Of a stretch of DNA of 64,000 nt, positions 29,197 to 39,036 are shown in pieces. The stretch comes from an uncultured Verrucomicrobiota bacterium (GTDB taxonomy: Bacteria > Auribacterota > JABMQX01): the NCBI GenBank assembly GCA_964482435.1, contig CAYZXL010000003.1:69472-133471 (forward strand). Reading direction: 5' to 3'. A model generated the notes under the pieces. The model searched no databases. It had not been told where the DNA came from and worked only from the letters and a program-made list of their open reading frames with translations. The first letter of the stretch is position 1, and every line of letters starts with the position of its first letter. Both the position numbers and the translations under genes were made by a program.

Positions 29197-30830
29197 GCCT
29201 GCGGGGATTATTCACTCCGTTGGGGCGCATCGGCCTTGATACCGAATACGCAATAGGCAACAGCGAGACCGGGGATGGCGGCTCACAAGACGACGCGTAT
29301 CGAATCAAGCTTGACGGGCATGAGAAATGGGTCTCTTATCAACTCGAGATGGTTCATGCAGGACCGGACTGCCCCGGCTACTACAGGGACCTCGATTTCA
29401 AATCAGCACAGGTGAGCATCCCGGTTTGGGATTCGCTCAGGCTCAATGCTCAGTGGCGCGACCACCAGCAAAACCCCGACCTTAACCCAGCCTTTCGGAC
29501 CGCCCTTCATAGCAGGCACTCTCAGCTTGGTTTTTCGTACAGGCTTGGTCCTCGGACGAACGTCTCTCTCGACTATCGGAATCGTTTGCTCGAAGACCTT
29601 TTACCGCATCCGGAGTTCGATTCTCGGGAGGAGACCCTGGGGCTGGCTGTGGGGCAACAGTTCAAGAACTTCAGTCTCTGGGTCTCAGCAGAGGGCGGAG
29701 AAGAACTCGACAGCACCGCCGATCGCGATGACGCCAGAGGACCAATTCAGAGGTATTCGCTCTCGGCCCTGCTGAACCCGGCTTCAAATCAATCCTACAA
29801 AGCCTTCCTTCAGTTCGACGAAGGCGGTCTCTGCGCCGGGGGCGACAGCAGGCTAACCGGTGGCGTCGGCGCGTCGTTCAGTCTCGGGAAGACCACTTCA
29901 CTCAGCGTCAACTTCCTGAGGAACCAGTATGCCGGGGCGATAAGCAGAAGCCGCGACCAGTTTGACCTCCTCCTCGGCCACAGGTTTCGGAATGAGCACG
30001 AGCTTCTGGTCCGCGGGAGGTATGCTTTCCATGATAACTCTGTCGAGAAAGACGAGACCTGTGTCATCGTCGAGTATGGCATCCCGTTTTCGGTGCCAGT
30101 GAGCCGCAAGACCAAAACCGCGATGCTCCAGGGCCGGGTTTACGATGCGGAAAATGGCCAGAGGGCAATACCGGGCGTCGTCGTGAGGCTCAACCAGTTG
30201 ACCACCGTCACCGATAGGAGGGGAAACTTCATTTTCGGCTCCCTGAAGCCGGGCAAGTACTATCTCACGCTTGATAAAGCAGGCATCGGCATGAACAGAC
30301 TAACGGTCCAGAGCAGTCCCCTCGGAGTAGTCGTTGCGGGAGGAAAGAGAAATTGGGTCGAGGTGGGCGTTACGCGACGCGCCCGGGTCAAAGGGCGGGT
30401 CGCGGTTTACCCGGCCACGCGCGAGCAGAACGCAACGCCAGGCTGGAATCGGGAAGCCGAGCGCGTCGCCGGGGAAAAAGCCCAGGCCAATGCACCCCCG
30501 GGAGAGCCGGTGTTTACCGCCAACGGCTTGCACGAATCGGCCGACTCATACGGGCTGCCAAATGTCCTGGTGGAGCTTTCGAATTCCTCCGAGGTCCTGC
30601 GCCGCTTCACTGACAGGAAAGGGCGGTTTCTGTTTGAAGATGTGCGGCCGGGGGACTGGACGCTCAAGGTCGTCAACGCCGAGCTGCCGGAGCATCATTA
30701 CCTGGAAAAGGAGTCCTTCTCTCTCGACCTGAAACCCGCCGACGAGAAGGAATTCCTGGCGAGGGTGCTGCCCCGGGAACGACCCATCCAGATAATAGAG
30801 ACCGGCGAGGTGATTGGGCAAACGCCGTAG
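29136..30830 (+). CDS. outer-membrane usher-like protein, C-terminal fragment (continues the upstream ORF in the +1 frame)
   Basis: Amphipathic beta-strand barrel-like region, then two CarboxypepD_reg-like beta-sandwich domains (GRVYDAENGQRAIPGVVVRLN...GKYYLTLDKAG; GRFLFEDVRPGDWTLKVV). Fuses in-frame with 27967-29196 if the A-tract is 11 (or 8) nt. Confidence 0.5.
   Translation: MPEKKNADPSFRPGSDGEIVSLRGLFTPLGRIGLDTEYAIGNSETGDGGSQDDAYRIKLDGHEKWVSYQLEMVHAGPDCPGYYRDLDFKSAQVSIPVWDSLRLNAQWRDHQQNPDLNPAFRTALHSRHSQLGFSYRLGPRTNVSLDYRNRLLEDLLPHPEFDSREETLGLAVGQQFKNFSLWVSAEGGEELDSTADRDDARGPIQRYSLSALLNPASNQSYKAFLQFDEGGLCAGGDSRLTGGVGASFSLGKTTSLSVNFLRNQYAGAISRSRDQFDLLLGHRFRNEHELLVRGRYAFHDNSVEKDETCVIVEYGIPFSVPVSRKTKTAMLQGRVYDAENGQRAIPGVVVRLNQLTTVTDRRGNFIFGSLKPGKYYLTLDKAGIGMNRLTVQSSPLGVVVAGGKRNWVEVGVTRRARVKGRVAVYPATREQNATPGWNREAERVAGEKAQANAPPGEPVFTANGLHESADSYGLPNVLVELSNSSEVLRRFTDRKGRFLFEDVRPGDWTLKVVNAELPEHHYLEKESFSLDLKPADEKEFLARVLPRERPIQIIETGEVIGQTP
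29143..29152 (+). repeat. A10 homopolymer at the ORF junction (candidate slipped-strand phase-variation site)
   Basis: ctgAAAAAAAAAAcgc. A10 gives stop after ...LKKKTLTHRFDQGVTARL. A11 would give the fused protein ...LKKKNADPSFRPG... Confidence 0.6.
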
Positions 30831-31004
30831 CCTTGCTGATTCAGCGTTCGCGGACGGAGACCAAAGGGCAGGGGCGTATCCATCCTTTCGGTATGCCATG
30901 CGCGTTTCTGAGCCGATCCATGCTTCGAAGGGCGGAAGTATCCGCGACGCCAACCGCCCCATTAGCCGCTCGGGACGGGATTGCGAATGTAAGGTGCGTG
31001 TTGC

Positions 31005-32996
31005 CTACGATTCTTTTTGAGGGCCTTCCCCGGCCTTCTTGATACCCTTCTCGAGACTGCCTTTCGCGGTCGCGAAATGCCTCATCAAGGTTGCTGCCAG
31101 GCCTTCAACGGCACCGGAACTATTTCCGCCAGCCACAAGAATATCAGGTACGAATTTCACGTTCTTTTCAGCTAAGGCGGTGACAACGTTGACCACGGCG
31201 GTTGGCGTCTGCCCCAGAGCTTCGACCTGTGCACGATAAGCCTCCGCCCGGGCTAAACCTACTGCTCTGACCTCGGCGCCCCTGGCGGTTCCTGTTCTCT
31301 GGATGTATTCGGCCTCGCCGTCAGCTTCCGCCTTCCGGGCCATTGCCCTGTTTTCGGCAATTGTCACCTCAACCTCCGATGTAGCCAGCTTAGCCTGCAT
31401 ATCCGCCTGGCCCTTAGCCTTCTCCATCAGAATTCTTTTCTCCTGGGACTCCTGCTGTTTCTTGAGGGTCTCGATAAGCTGATTAGCGATCTCTCGCTGA
31501 GTCAGAACGTCCACGAGCTGCGACGGAAGAATAACATCCTGGATGTAAACACCTTTTGTTTCCACATCATACTGGGACAGCTTCTCGCTGATATGCTTAA
31601 ATGCTTCTTCTTGAACCTGCTGCCGAGTCTCGATGAATTTCACTGCCGGGAGGCTCTGGAGCTTGTCCCGGAAGTGATTGCCTACCGCTGCCTGCAAAAC
31701 CTCGCTAACTAAGTTCTTCATTGTGCCAACGATGGAAATGACCCGAGGCGCCTTTGTATCGGGCACGTGGATTTGCACCTGAAGGTCAATCCTGAAAAGG
31801 AAACCTTCCCTGCTTTTTGCATCAATGGGCTTGAGGTCAGCGTCGAGCTGGTGGGCCCGAGAGGTCGCGTCCGCCCAGCTCAGCGTCAAAATAAAGGTGG
31901 GCACAATCTCAGCCTGATAGCAGCGGGGATTGATCGGGTATTTGCCGGTTCGCAATGGTTCTTCCCAGATGCCGCGGTGCCCTGGTTTGACCAAGGTGCC
32001 GAACTTGAACTCCTTTCCCGACACGTCTTCGCTTGGCAAACCAACATACGACTTTATCACCGCCACCTCTCCCTGCTCTATAACCAGCATTGGCACCTTC
32101 TCGACGCTGATCAGGAAAGGATTCAGGTTGTACGCGCCGTAGAGGAGAGGGTCGTGCTGGAGTCCGATTCTGCCGCCGGTATCGAGGAATTTCTGGAAAT
32201 CTTGATAGTTGTTGTGGGCTTCATTCTTGGAACCTAAGATTGTTTCTATCAGTCTGGGACCGCTTTCATCCTTTTTCTCGAACTCCTCAATATCTCTAAA
32301 CCCTCCTATTCGGCTCGCAATGTCGCCGGCTGGCAAGGGGTCGCCCTCAAAAGCGGTAACAATGCCAATCACGTCAATCGTTTTGCCACCCTCACCATCT
32401 GGGTGCGGCACCGGTTCAATCCGACTGACATCGAGTTGCGCCGGTTTGAGGCCGAAGGCCCCGGGAGTGAGTATTCTATTTTCAGCGGCAAGTCTTTTCA
32501 GTTCGGACGAGACCGGGATGCCATAGACCTTTTCCTTAGTGATAACGAGGAATCCGACCGGATGAATGGGCGCCAGGCTTCCGGGAGGAAGGACTGGCCG
32601 TTGCACGCCTTTCTGGCCTCCATTCTCGACAAACTTCCTCAAGTTGGAGAAGTTGCCAAATTCCTTTTTGTAGGCAGCAGATTTTGCTCCCACCGGCAAC
32701 GCAGCACCAACCTGGGCAATGACGAGGCCGATTTGCCCGGCGGGCACCTGAACCCACGGATGGGTCTCCACCCTGTACAGAAGCCACAGCTTAAAACGGA
32801 GCCCCGGCATCAACAAGTCTGCCTGGTAACCAGCCTCCCCTTTGAAGCCAATCGGGTTGTCTTCGGAAAGCTTCTTTGCTGCAAAACGTTTAGTCACCAA
32901 TCCTATTTGCGTTGGCCCGATCACCCGAATGGACGCGAAAATCAAGAGCACTAATCCTATGCCGAGAACAATCAGAATCGTAACCTGAGCACCCAT
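31005..32996 (-). CDS. flotillin-like SPFH/band-7 membrane protein
   Basis: 663 aa. N-terminal TM. SPFH domain. Long Ala/Glu-rich coiled-coil (flotillin repeats) in the C-terminal half. Confidence 0.8.
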   Translation of the reverse strand: MGAQVTILIVLGIGLVLLIFASIRVIGPTQIGLVTKRFAAKKLSEDNPIGFKGEAGYQADLLMPGLRFKLWLLYRVETHPWVQVPAGQIGLVIAQVGAALPVGAKSAAYKKEFGNFSNLRKFVENGGQKGVQRPVLPPGSLAPIHPVGFLVITKEKVYGIPVSSELKRLAAENRILTPGAFGLKPAQLDVSRIEPVPHPDGEGGKTIDVIGIVTAFEGDPLPAGDIASRIGGFRDIEEFEKKDESGPRLIETILGSKNEAHNNYQDFQKFLDTGGRIGLQHDPLLYGAYNLNPFLISVEKVPMLVIEQGEVAVIKSYVGLPSEDVSGKEFKFGTLVKPGHRGIWEEPLRTGKYPINPRCYQAEIVPTFILTLSWADATSRAHQLDADLKPIDAKSREGFLFRIDLQVQIHVPDTKAPRVISIVGTMKNLVSEVLQAAVGNHFRDKLQSLPAVKFIETRQQVQEEAFKHISEKLSQYDVETKGVYIQDVILPSQLVDVLTQREIANQLIETLKKQQESQEKRILMEKAKGQADMQAKLATSEVEVTIAENRAMARKAEADGEAEYIQRTGTARGAEVRAVGLARAEAYRAQVEALGQTPTAVVNVVTALAEKNVKFVPDILVAGGNSSGAVEGLAATLMRHFATAKGSLEKGIKKAGEGPQKES

Positions 32997-33357
32997 GGCT
33001 TTCCCTCCCCTTCGTCCTTTTCCGTCTTTTTGTTTTAGCTACCCTCTCGCGGTATTGCTCTTTCAAAAGCAGCAATCTCATGCTGTACCGATTCCCTGTT
33101 GAATTGTCTCAGAACTGGGTTCGATGTTGCGCCGTCAGGTGACGCTGCAACCGAGCCGGTCCCCACGGGTCTGCTGCATAGACGGGTGTTGGCTTCGGGG
33201 CGACAAAAGAGACGAGGACTCCGGAAAAGACTGGTCTCTGGCATGCGCTGGCGTTGAGTCCCCCGCGATCACACGAGACCCACGTGGGCAAGCCCGGCTG
33301 GACGCACGTCCCCACGGTTTCCTCAGCACCCCTCCGTTTGGAATCGGGGGCGCCAGA

Positions 33358-33408
33358 GTCATCGTGGCACGGGCGTCCCGCCCGTGATTCATGGGCAAGA
33401 TGCCCATG
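33358..33408. repeat. double-hairpin intergenic repeat, copy A
   Basis: CACGGGCG-TCC-CGCCCGTG (33368-33386) followed by CATGGGCA-AGA-TGCCCATG (33390-33408). Confidence 0.6.
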
Positions 33409-33530
33409 CCACATAATAGCTCGACCATGAGCAGTTGAAGGATCACGCACAAGGCTTTCCTCCTGGCACCAGAAAGTATAACCGCGTCCAACGTCCCACG
33501 CAACAAGCGTTTTCACGGGGGCGCGCCTGT

Positions 33531-33585
33531 GTCATCGTGGCACGGGCGTCCCGCCCGTGATACTGTTCATCCGCAACATGCCCAT
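33531..33585. repeat. double-hairpin intergenic repeat, copy B (tandem, 173-bp period)
   Basis: 31-nt core gtcatcgtggcacgggcgtcccgcccgtgat identical to copy A. Homology of about 80 nt including upstream cgggggcgc. Second hairpin ACATG-CCC-CATGT. Confidence 0.6.
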
Positions 33586-33759
33586 GTCACATCTGAACTC
33601 GATAGGACGAGCGGGCCCCGCCTGACTCACGAGCACTCCCCGAAGCGGTTCGACTGGCGGCGCGACAACCGCGGATTGCGTGCGTCGGGTTGAGGGCACA
33701 CGGTTAGACGTCACGCGACGGAATTGCCCCGTGTGCCCGCACAATTGCTTTCGTTCCCA

Positions 33760-35016
33760 TCACTTTCTAATCGGAATGAGGACGAGGTTGCGAAACTCCA
33801 TCGGTGAGCCCTCAGACTGGAGGCAGATTGCGCCGGGCGTTTCCCAGCAATCGGCAGCCGTATTCTGCACGAGCTCGTTGATCTTCAACTCGAGATACCC
33901 TCCATCGAGCGTTATCTCGTACTGGTTCCACTGGCCGACGGGTTTCTCATTGGACATGTACATCTTGCGAGTGTGCCGGCCGCTCGTCCGTGTTGGGTCG
34001 GTCTTCATGGGGAACTCGTCTATGTTCCAGATATCGCCAGTGGCTCCGTATTGCCCCTGCGCCTCAATGGACCGCGGCCAGACCTTGTCCGGGCCAACCA
34101 TCCGAAGCAGCACGCCACCGTTGCCGCTGCCGAGGTGGCGGAACTGAAGCCGCAGCACGTAATTGGTGAAATCCTCCGTCGTGCGGATGTAACCGATGGG
34201 CTGGCCTTTGTTCACCATCACCCCGTCTTTGACGCTCCAGGTGTCCCTGAGGGCGTCGCTGGACCGGGTCCAGCCATCGAGGTTCCTGCCGTTGAATAGG
34301 AGCTGCGCCTCGCCGAAAGCGTCGGGCAAGCGCGTGACCCGAATGTCCTTGAACTCGACGGTCATCGGGGCGCCGGGGCGAATTTGAAGGGCGAGGATGC
34401 CCTCCATCGCCCTTCCCTTCCGGTCGTTGTCAATCAGCTCGATGGTCTGGAATCCGTTGAGCATCTGGATCAGGTGATTGCCCCGCGCGATAATCGTGTA
34501 TTCGTTCCAGTCCTTTTCCTTGTAGTAGCGGGCCCTGATCAGCGCGTCTCTGTCGGCAATCTTCCCCACGACATTCTGGTTGCCCTTTTCATCAACCACC
34601 ATGATGTCCCCCACATTGACCATCCAGCCCCGCCCCGCCTCCTCGTACAGGAAGCCAGCCCTCCCCGGGGCGTTTGCCACCTCCGCCTGGTACCCGGCGA
34701 CGCGCCATCCTCCCAGGTGTCTGCTGCGGTACTGGATGCCAGAGTTGCCGTCCTGGAGACGAAATTTGATCTTGAGGATGAAGTTCTTCAACTTGCCGCC
34801 ACGCCAGATGCAGAAAGTATTCCGGCGGGCCGGCTTTTGTTCCGTGGTCCGCCCGCGAATGGCGCCGTGCACAACCGACCAGAGACGCGGGTCGCCGTCC
34901 CAACCGGTGAGGTCCTTGCCGTTGAAAATTGTCTCTTCAGTGAGCGCTGCCCAGGACGCCACGAAAGGCCCTGCGCCGAAGAGCAGAAGGCAAACGAGGA
35001 AAACCATTCGCTTCAT
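33760..35016 (-). CDS. secreted protein with two tandem DUF1080 (3-keto-disaccharide hydrolase-like) domains
   Basis: Signal peptide. Two copies of the DUF1080 pattern (FNGKDLTGWDGD...W.v.dG.i / FNGRNLDGWTRS...WSVKDGVM; NSGIQYRS / GNGGVLLR). Confidence 0.75.
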   Translation of the reverse strand: MKRMVFLVCLLLFGAGPFVASWAALTEETIFNGKDLTGWDGDPRLWSVVHGAIRGRTTEQKPARRNTFCIWRGGKLKNFILKIKFRLQDGNSGIQYRSRHLGGWRVAGYQAEVANAPGRAGFLYEEAGRGWMVNVGDIMVVDEKGNQNVVGKIADRDALIRARYYKEKDWNEYTIIARGNHLIQMLNGFQTIELIDNDRKGRAMEGILALQIRPGAPMTVEFKDIRVTRLPDAFGEAQLLFNGRNLDGWTRSSDALRDTWSVKDGVMVNKGQPIGYIRTTEDFTNYVLRLQFRHLGSGNGGVLLRMVGPDKVWPRSIEAQGQYGATGDIWNIDEFPMKTDPTRTSGRHTRKMYMSNEKPVGQWNQYEITLDGGYLELKINELVQNTAADCWETPGAICLQSEGSPMEFRNLVLIPIRK

Positions 35017-35360
35017 AAGTCATCCTCCTTTTCTCAAACTGCCTTGCCATACTGTTTCGTTACCCGAAGGGCGGTGGTTATTGTGCCAGAGTTGCGAGGG
35101 ATGCTCAAGGGATTATCCAGACTGGGTGCGACACGCTAAAGGTTCCCCGATGACAATGGGCGGGTTATCCTGTATCATAGACATGGAGCGCCGGGGCGGG
35201 ATTTGGCCCCTCAGACACGCCGGGGCGTTGGTTCAGGGTCTTTCGGCGTCTCAGGAGGCCTCGTGCTCGCCACCAGCGACTCCCCGGCCGGCGAGCTTAG
35301 TACACGAATTCGCAAATTCGACAAGGTATCGGAAACCTCCCCGAGGGCATGGATTTTTTC

Positions 35361-35508
35361 GACAGGATTTACACGATGGCCGGGATCTGAAAGGGAAGGC
35401 GCCAAGCTGCCCCGCCTTCGCGGGGTCGCCCGGCCACGACCAAAACTCATAAAACCCCGCCTTCGGCGGGGGAGTTACAGAATCCTGGACATCCTGTTCA
35501 TCCTGTCA
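35361..35508. repeat. MITE/iteron-like element A with inverted ATCCTGT heptamer arrays
   Basis: Left end GACAGGATttACACGAT. Right end ATCCTGgacATCCTGttcATCCTGTCAaag (heptamers at 9-bp period). About 148 bp. Confidence 0.45.
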
Positions 35509-35631
35509 AAGAAAAATACCTCATTGAATTCATGAACCAGAGCACTTAGTCGTAGGAAACTCCTGGCCGCGAATCCCCGCCGCGGCCGCCGGAGAGTGCG
35601 TATCGGCACGAACTCAAGACGAGAGGTCTTT

Positions 35632-36663
35632 GTGGTAAAAGCGGTCGCCTTGCTATCGGGCGGACTGGACAGCCGCCTGGCAATAAAAGTTGTCAAGCAG
35701 CAAGGGATTGACGTGCACGCGGTCAATTACGTCACGTGTTTTTGCACGTGTACGGCGAGGGGGAGCTGCAAACTGGAGGCCCGCCGCGCCTGCGAGCAAC
35801 TGGACGTCCCATTGAAAGTTTTCGTGATAAGCAAAGAGTTTATCGAGGTCGTCAAGCATCCGATGCATGGGTACGGCAAGAACATGAACCCATGCATTGA
35901 TTGCCGGATTCTGATGTTTCGCATGGCAAAGGGATACATGAAGGAAATCGAAGCATCCTTCCTCATCACCGGGGAGGTTCTTGGGCAGAGGCCGATGTCT
36001 CAGAGGCGGGATGCCATGCAGTTGATTGACAGGGAAGCGGGGGTCGAGGGGCTTGTCCTGCGACCTCTCAGCGCGAAGCATCTCCCGATGTCGCTGCCGG
36101 AGCGCGAAGGATGGGTTGACCGGGAGAGGCTTTTGTCCATAAAAGGACGGTCCAGGAAGGAGCAAATCAGCCTCGCCGAATCATACGGAATCACTGATTA
36201 TCCCTGTGCCGGCGGAGGATGTTTGTTGACGAATGAGGGGTTCGCAGACAAGGTCCGAGACCTCATCGCTCATAAGGATGCAGACCTTAACGACATGGTT
36301 CTTCTGAAAGTCGGAAGGCATTTCCGCCTTCCTCATCGCGGCAAGGCCGTCGTCGGGAGGGATAAGGGTGAAAACCTTCGGATACTCAACCTCGCCAGAG
36401 AGGGCGATGTCATTTTCCGGCCGCACGGCGCTTTGCCGGTTCCGACTGCGTTGCTGAGGGATTCGGATTCCGCCGGTGGAGCGAACGCGTGGGCAAACGA
36501 AGAAGAAATCGCCATCACCGCCGATTTGTGCGTTTCTCATTCGAAGCTGCGGACCGAACCTTACGTCGAAATTGAGTGCTACCGGTGCGAATCCCCATCG
36601 GAGATGAGGGTCATCCAGGCTAAAGCGATGCCCCGGGAAAGGGTTGACGCTCTCAGAATCTGA
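35632..36663 (+). CDS. ThiI-like PP-loop ATP pyrophosphatase lacking a THUMP domain
   Basis: PP-loop SGGLDS. ThiI-like segment NPCIDCRILMFRMAKGYMKEIEASFLITGEVLGQRPMSQR. No N-terminal THUMP domain. The ORF is open from 35596; the chosen GTG start at 35632 is uncertain. Confidence 0.5.
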   Translation: MVKAVALLSGGLDSRLAIKVVKQQGIDVHAVNYVTCFCTCTARGSCKLEARRACEQLDVPLKVFVISKEFIEVVKHPMHGYGKNMNPCIDCRILMFRMAKGYMKEIEASFLITGEVLGQRPMSQRRDAMQLIDREAGVEGLVLRPLSAKHLPMSLPEREGWVDRERLLSIKGRSRKEQISLAESYGITDYPCAGGGCLLTNEGFADKVRDLIAHKDADLNDMVLLKVGRHFRLPHRGKAVVGRDKGENLRILNLAREGDVIFRPHGALPVPTALLRDSDSAGGANAWANEEEIAITADLCVSHSKLRTEPYVEIECYRCESPSEMRVIQAKAMPRERVDALRI

Positions 36664-36701
36664 GCCGGGCGCAGCACGGCAGGCGCACAAGAATTTCTGA
36701 G

Positions 36702-37340
36702 TTGCGCGACGGACGGAGACAACGGATGGACCAGAAGCGGCCGAGCCGAAGAGCGGTAGTTTTTCGCATCACACGTCGCGGGCTTCTCCTGAGGGCCGGC
36801 CTGGCGGTGGCGCTGGTCGCGGCTGTGTGCGTGGTGGCGATGATTGTTAAAGCTCCGAAGCGAGATGTATTCGGCCTCGGGCCGCGGTACGTGCCGAGCC
36901 TCCTTCCGGTCTCTCTCGAAGGAGGATGGGTCTCGTCCGAGTTTGGGATAAGGACCGACCCGATCGCCGGGAACAGGAGAATGCACGAAGGGATTGACCT
37001 TGCCGTGGATGAGGGAGTTCCGGTCAAAGCGGCAGCCAGCGGCAGAGTCGTATTTGCCGGGGGCGGCGGCGGATATGGTAACCTGGTAAGAATTGACCAC
37101 GGCAACGGAATTGAGACGCGGTACGCACACAATTCAGTCCTGAAGGTCAGCACGAGACAACTGGTGACAAAAGGGCAGGTCATCGCGCTTGCCGGACACA
37201 CCGGGCGTGTCAAAGGAAACCCCGGCGACCACCTCCACTACGAGGTCAGGGTGAAGGGCAAGCCGATCAATCCCAGGGACTATCTTCCCCCGTTTGTGGA
37301 AGGAGGGCGCGGAAGAACGTCAGGGCCGCCCGGTCCGTAA
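36702..37340 (+). CDS. M23 family metallopeptidase, membrane-anchored
   Basis: HEGIDLA...(x)n...DHLHYEV with GYGNLVRIDHGNGIETRYAH, the classic M23 HxxxD / HxH motifs. Confidence 0.8.
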   Translation: MRDGRRQRMDQKRPSRRAVVFRITRRGLLLRAGLAVALVAAVCVVAMIVKAPKRDVFGLGPRYVPSLLPVSLEGGWVSSEFGIRTDPIAGNRRMHEGIDLAVDEGVPVKAAASGRVVFAGGGGGYGNLVRIDHGNGIETRYAHNSVLKVSTRQLVTKGQVIALAGHTGRVKGNPGDHLHYEVRVKGKPINPRDYLPPFVEGGRGRTSGPPGP

Positions 37341-37431
37341 AGAAATCGGCCCCCGTGCAGCGTCCAATCGCAGCAGAAGAACTTCCGGTCTGTTAAGTGG
37401 TGCGATTATCAATTCGATTACGTGTTTTTCT

Positions 37432-37599
37432 ATGACAGGATGAACAGGATAGACACGATTCTGTGAAGCCTGTTTGTCCGTTTTCGGTTTCATGTGTTTC
37501 GGTCCGTGGCCGTGGAAGTCCCCAACGCCGAGGGCGCCGCAAAGACGTAGTAGCTTCGTGCCCTCCCCTTAAAATCCCGGCCATCCTGTATATCCTGTC
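37432..37599. repeat. MITE/iteron-like element B with inverted ATCCTGT heptamer arrays
   Basis: Left end GACAGGATgaACAGGATagACACGAT. Right end CATCCTGtatATCCTGTCAaaaaa. About 168 bp. Termini shared with element A but the interior is unrelated. Confidence 0.45.
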
Positions 37600-37656
37600 A
37601 AAAAATCCTCGCCTTTGGCGCGGGTGGTGCGCAAGGCGAGACGAGGGGATGACCGC

Positions 37657-39036
37657 ATGGACGGGAAAAGAATGTCGCCGCAGTCCACTGGAAACGTTAT
37701 TGCCATCGTCGGGCGACCGAACGTCGGCAAGTCGTCGCTGTTCAATCGAATCTTGGGAAAAAGGGTTGCCATTGTAGAAAAGCACAGCGGCACGACGAGA
37801 GACCGCCTCCGCGAGAAGACGACCTGGAAGGATGTCCCTTTCGAGCTTGTGGACACCGGCGGAATCGTTACCGACCCGAAAGAGGAGCTCGCCAGATTGG
37901 TCAAGTTCCAGGCAGAGGTTGCTATTTCAGAAGCGTCAGTCATCCTTTTCGTGGTGGACGTGTCGGAGGGCTTGACTCCTCTCGACATCGAAATAGCCGG
38001 AATACTCCGGAAAGCCGGCCAGAAAAAGGTCATCGTAGTCGTGAACAAGTGCGACTCCGTGGCACGCATGGAATCGGCGCCGGAATTTTATTCGCTGGGC
38101 TTCGAGAAGGTCATTGGGGCATCGGCGGTGCACGGCCTCGGAATCAACTACCTCCTCGACGAGGCAGTCGCTGGCTTGCCCGGGGAAACCGGGGAGGAAA
38201 GAGAGGCTGCGCTCCGGATTGCGGTAATCGGGCAGCCGAACGTCGGGAAGTCAACCTTCATCAACTTCATCCTCGGAGAAGACCGCCTGATCGTCCATGA
38301 TACCCCTGGCACCACCCGGGACTCCATAGACGTCCTCTGCGAGACCGAAGACGGCGAGAAGATTATCTTCATAGACACCGCCGGCATCCGAAGAAAAAGG
38401 AGCATGTCCCGGCCCATCGAAAAACTCGGTTCGCTTCGGGCGGAAAGGTCTATCGGGAATTGCGACGTTGCGGTTCTGATGCTCGACGCCACGAAAGGAC
38501 CAACGACGGGCGATGCGCGAATCGCCCACATCGTCCAGGAAGAACACAAAGGCTGCGTTTTGGTCACGAACAAATGGGACCTCGTGGAACAGACGCCGCA
38601 AGAAGAGGCTGCGGAGTCTGTTTATGAAAAGCTTCCATTTCTTTCGCATTGTCCGATTGTTTTCACGGTCGCCACGATGGGAAAGGGTGTCGTCAGGACG
38701 CTTCAGGCAGCGCGAGAAGTCCACCGCGAATCCATGACGAGAATTCCCACCCCGGTTCTGAACGACCTCTTGCGAGAAGCCCTTCAGGATCAGCCTCCTC
38801 CGCTCGTGCGATCCGCAAACATAGCGGCGCGAAAGGGCGCGCCACCGGCCCGACCGCGAAGGCTGAAAATCTATTACGCGACTCAGACGGGCGTGGCGCC
38901 GCCGCAGTTTCGGCTTTTCGCCAACAATGCGGACCTTGCCACGAAAACCTACGTCAGCTACCTGACAAATCGCATCCGCTCGTCCTTTCCTTTCCCCGGC
39001 AGCCCTATCCTACTGAGCCTGAGAAGTCGGACGTGA
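37657..39036 (+). CDS. der: ribosome-biogenesis GTPase Der (EngA), tandem GTPase domains + KH-like
   Basis: Two G-domains (GRPNVGKSSLFN; GQPNVGKSTFIN) and a C-terminal KH-like domain. Confidence 0.9.
   Translation: MDGKRMSPQSTGNVIAIVGRPNVGKSSLFNRILGKRVAIVEKHSGTTRDRLREKTTWKDVPFELVDTGGIVTDPKEELARLVKFQAEVAISEASVILFVVDVSEGLTPLDIEIAGILRKAGQKKVIVVVNKCDSVARMESAPEFYSLGFEKVIGASAVHGLGINYLLDEAVAGLPGETGEEREAALRIAVIGQPNVGKSTFINFILGEDRLIVHDTPGTTRDSIDVLCETEDGEKIIFIDTAGIRRKRSMSRPIEKLGSLRAERSIGNCDVAVLMLDATKGPTTGDARIAHIVQEEHKGCVLVTNKWDLVEQTPQEEAAESVYEKLPFLSHCPIVFTVATMGKGVVRTLQAAREVHRESMTRIPTPVLNDLLREALQDQPPPLVRSANIAARKGAPPARPRRLKIYYATQTGVAPPQFRLFANNADLATKTYVSYLTNRIRSSFPFPGSPILLSLRSRT

Noticed and set aside
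34384-35452. 251-aa and 290-aa plus-strand ORFs
   Set aside because: Antisense to or downstream of the DUF1080 gene. No domain signal.
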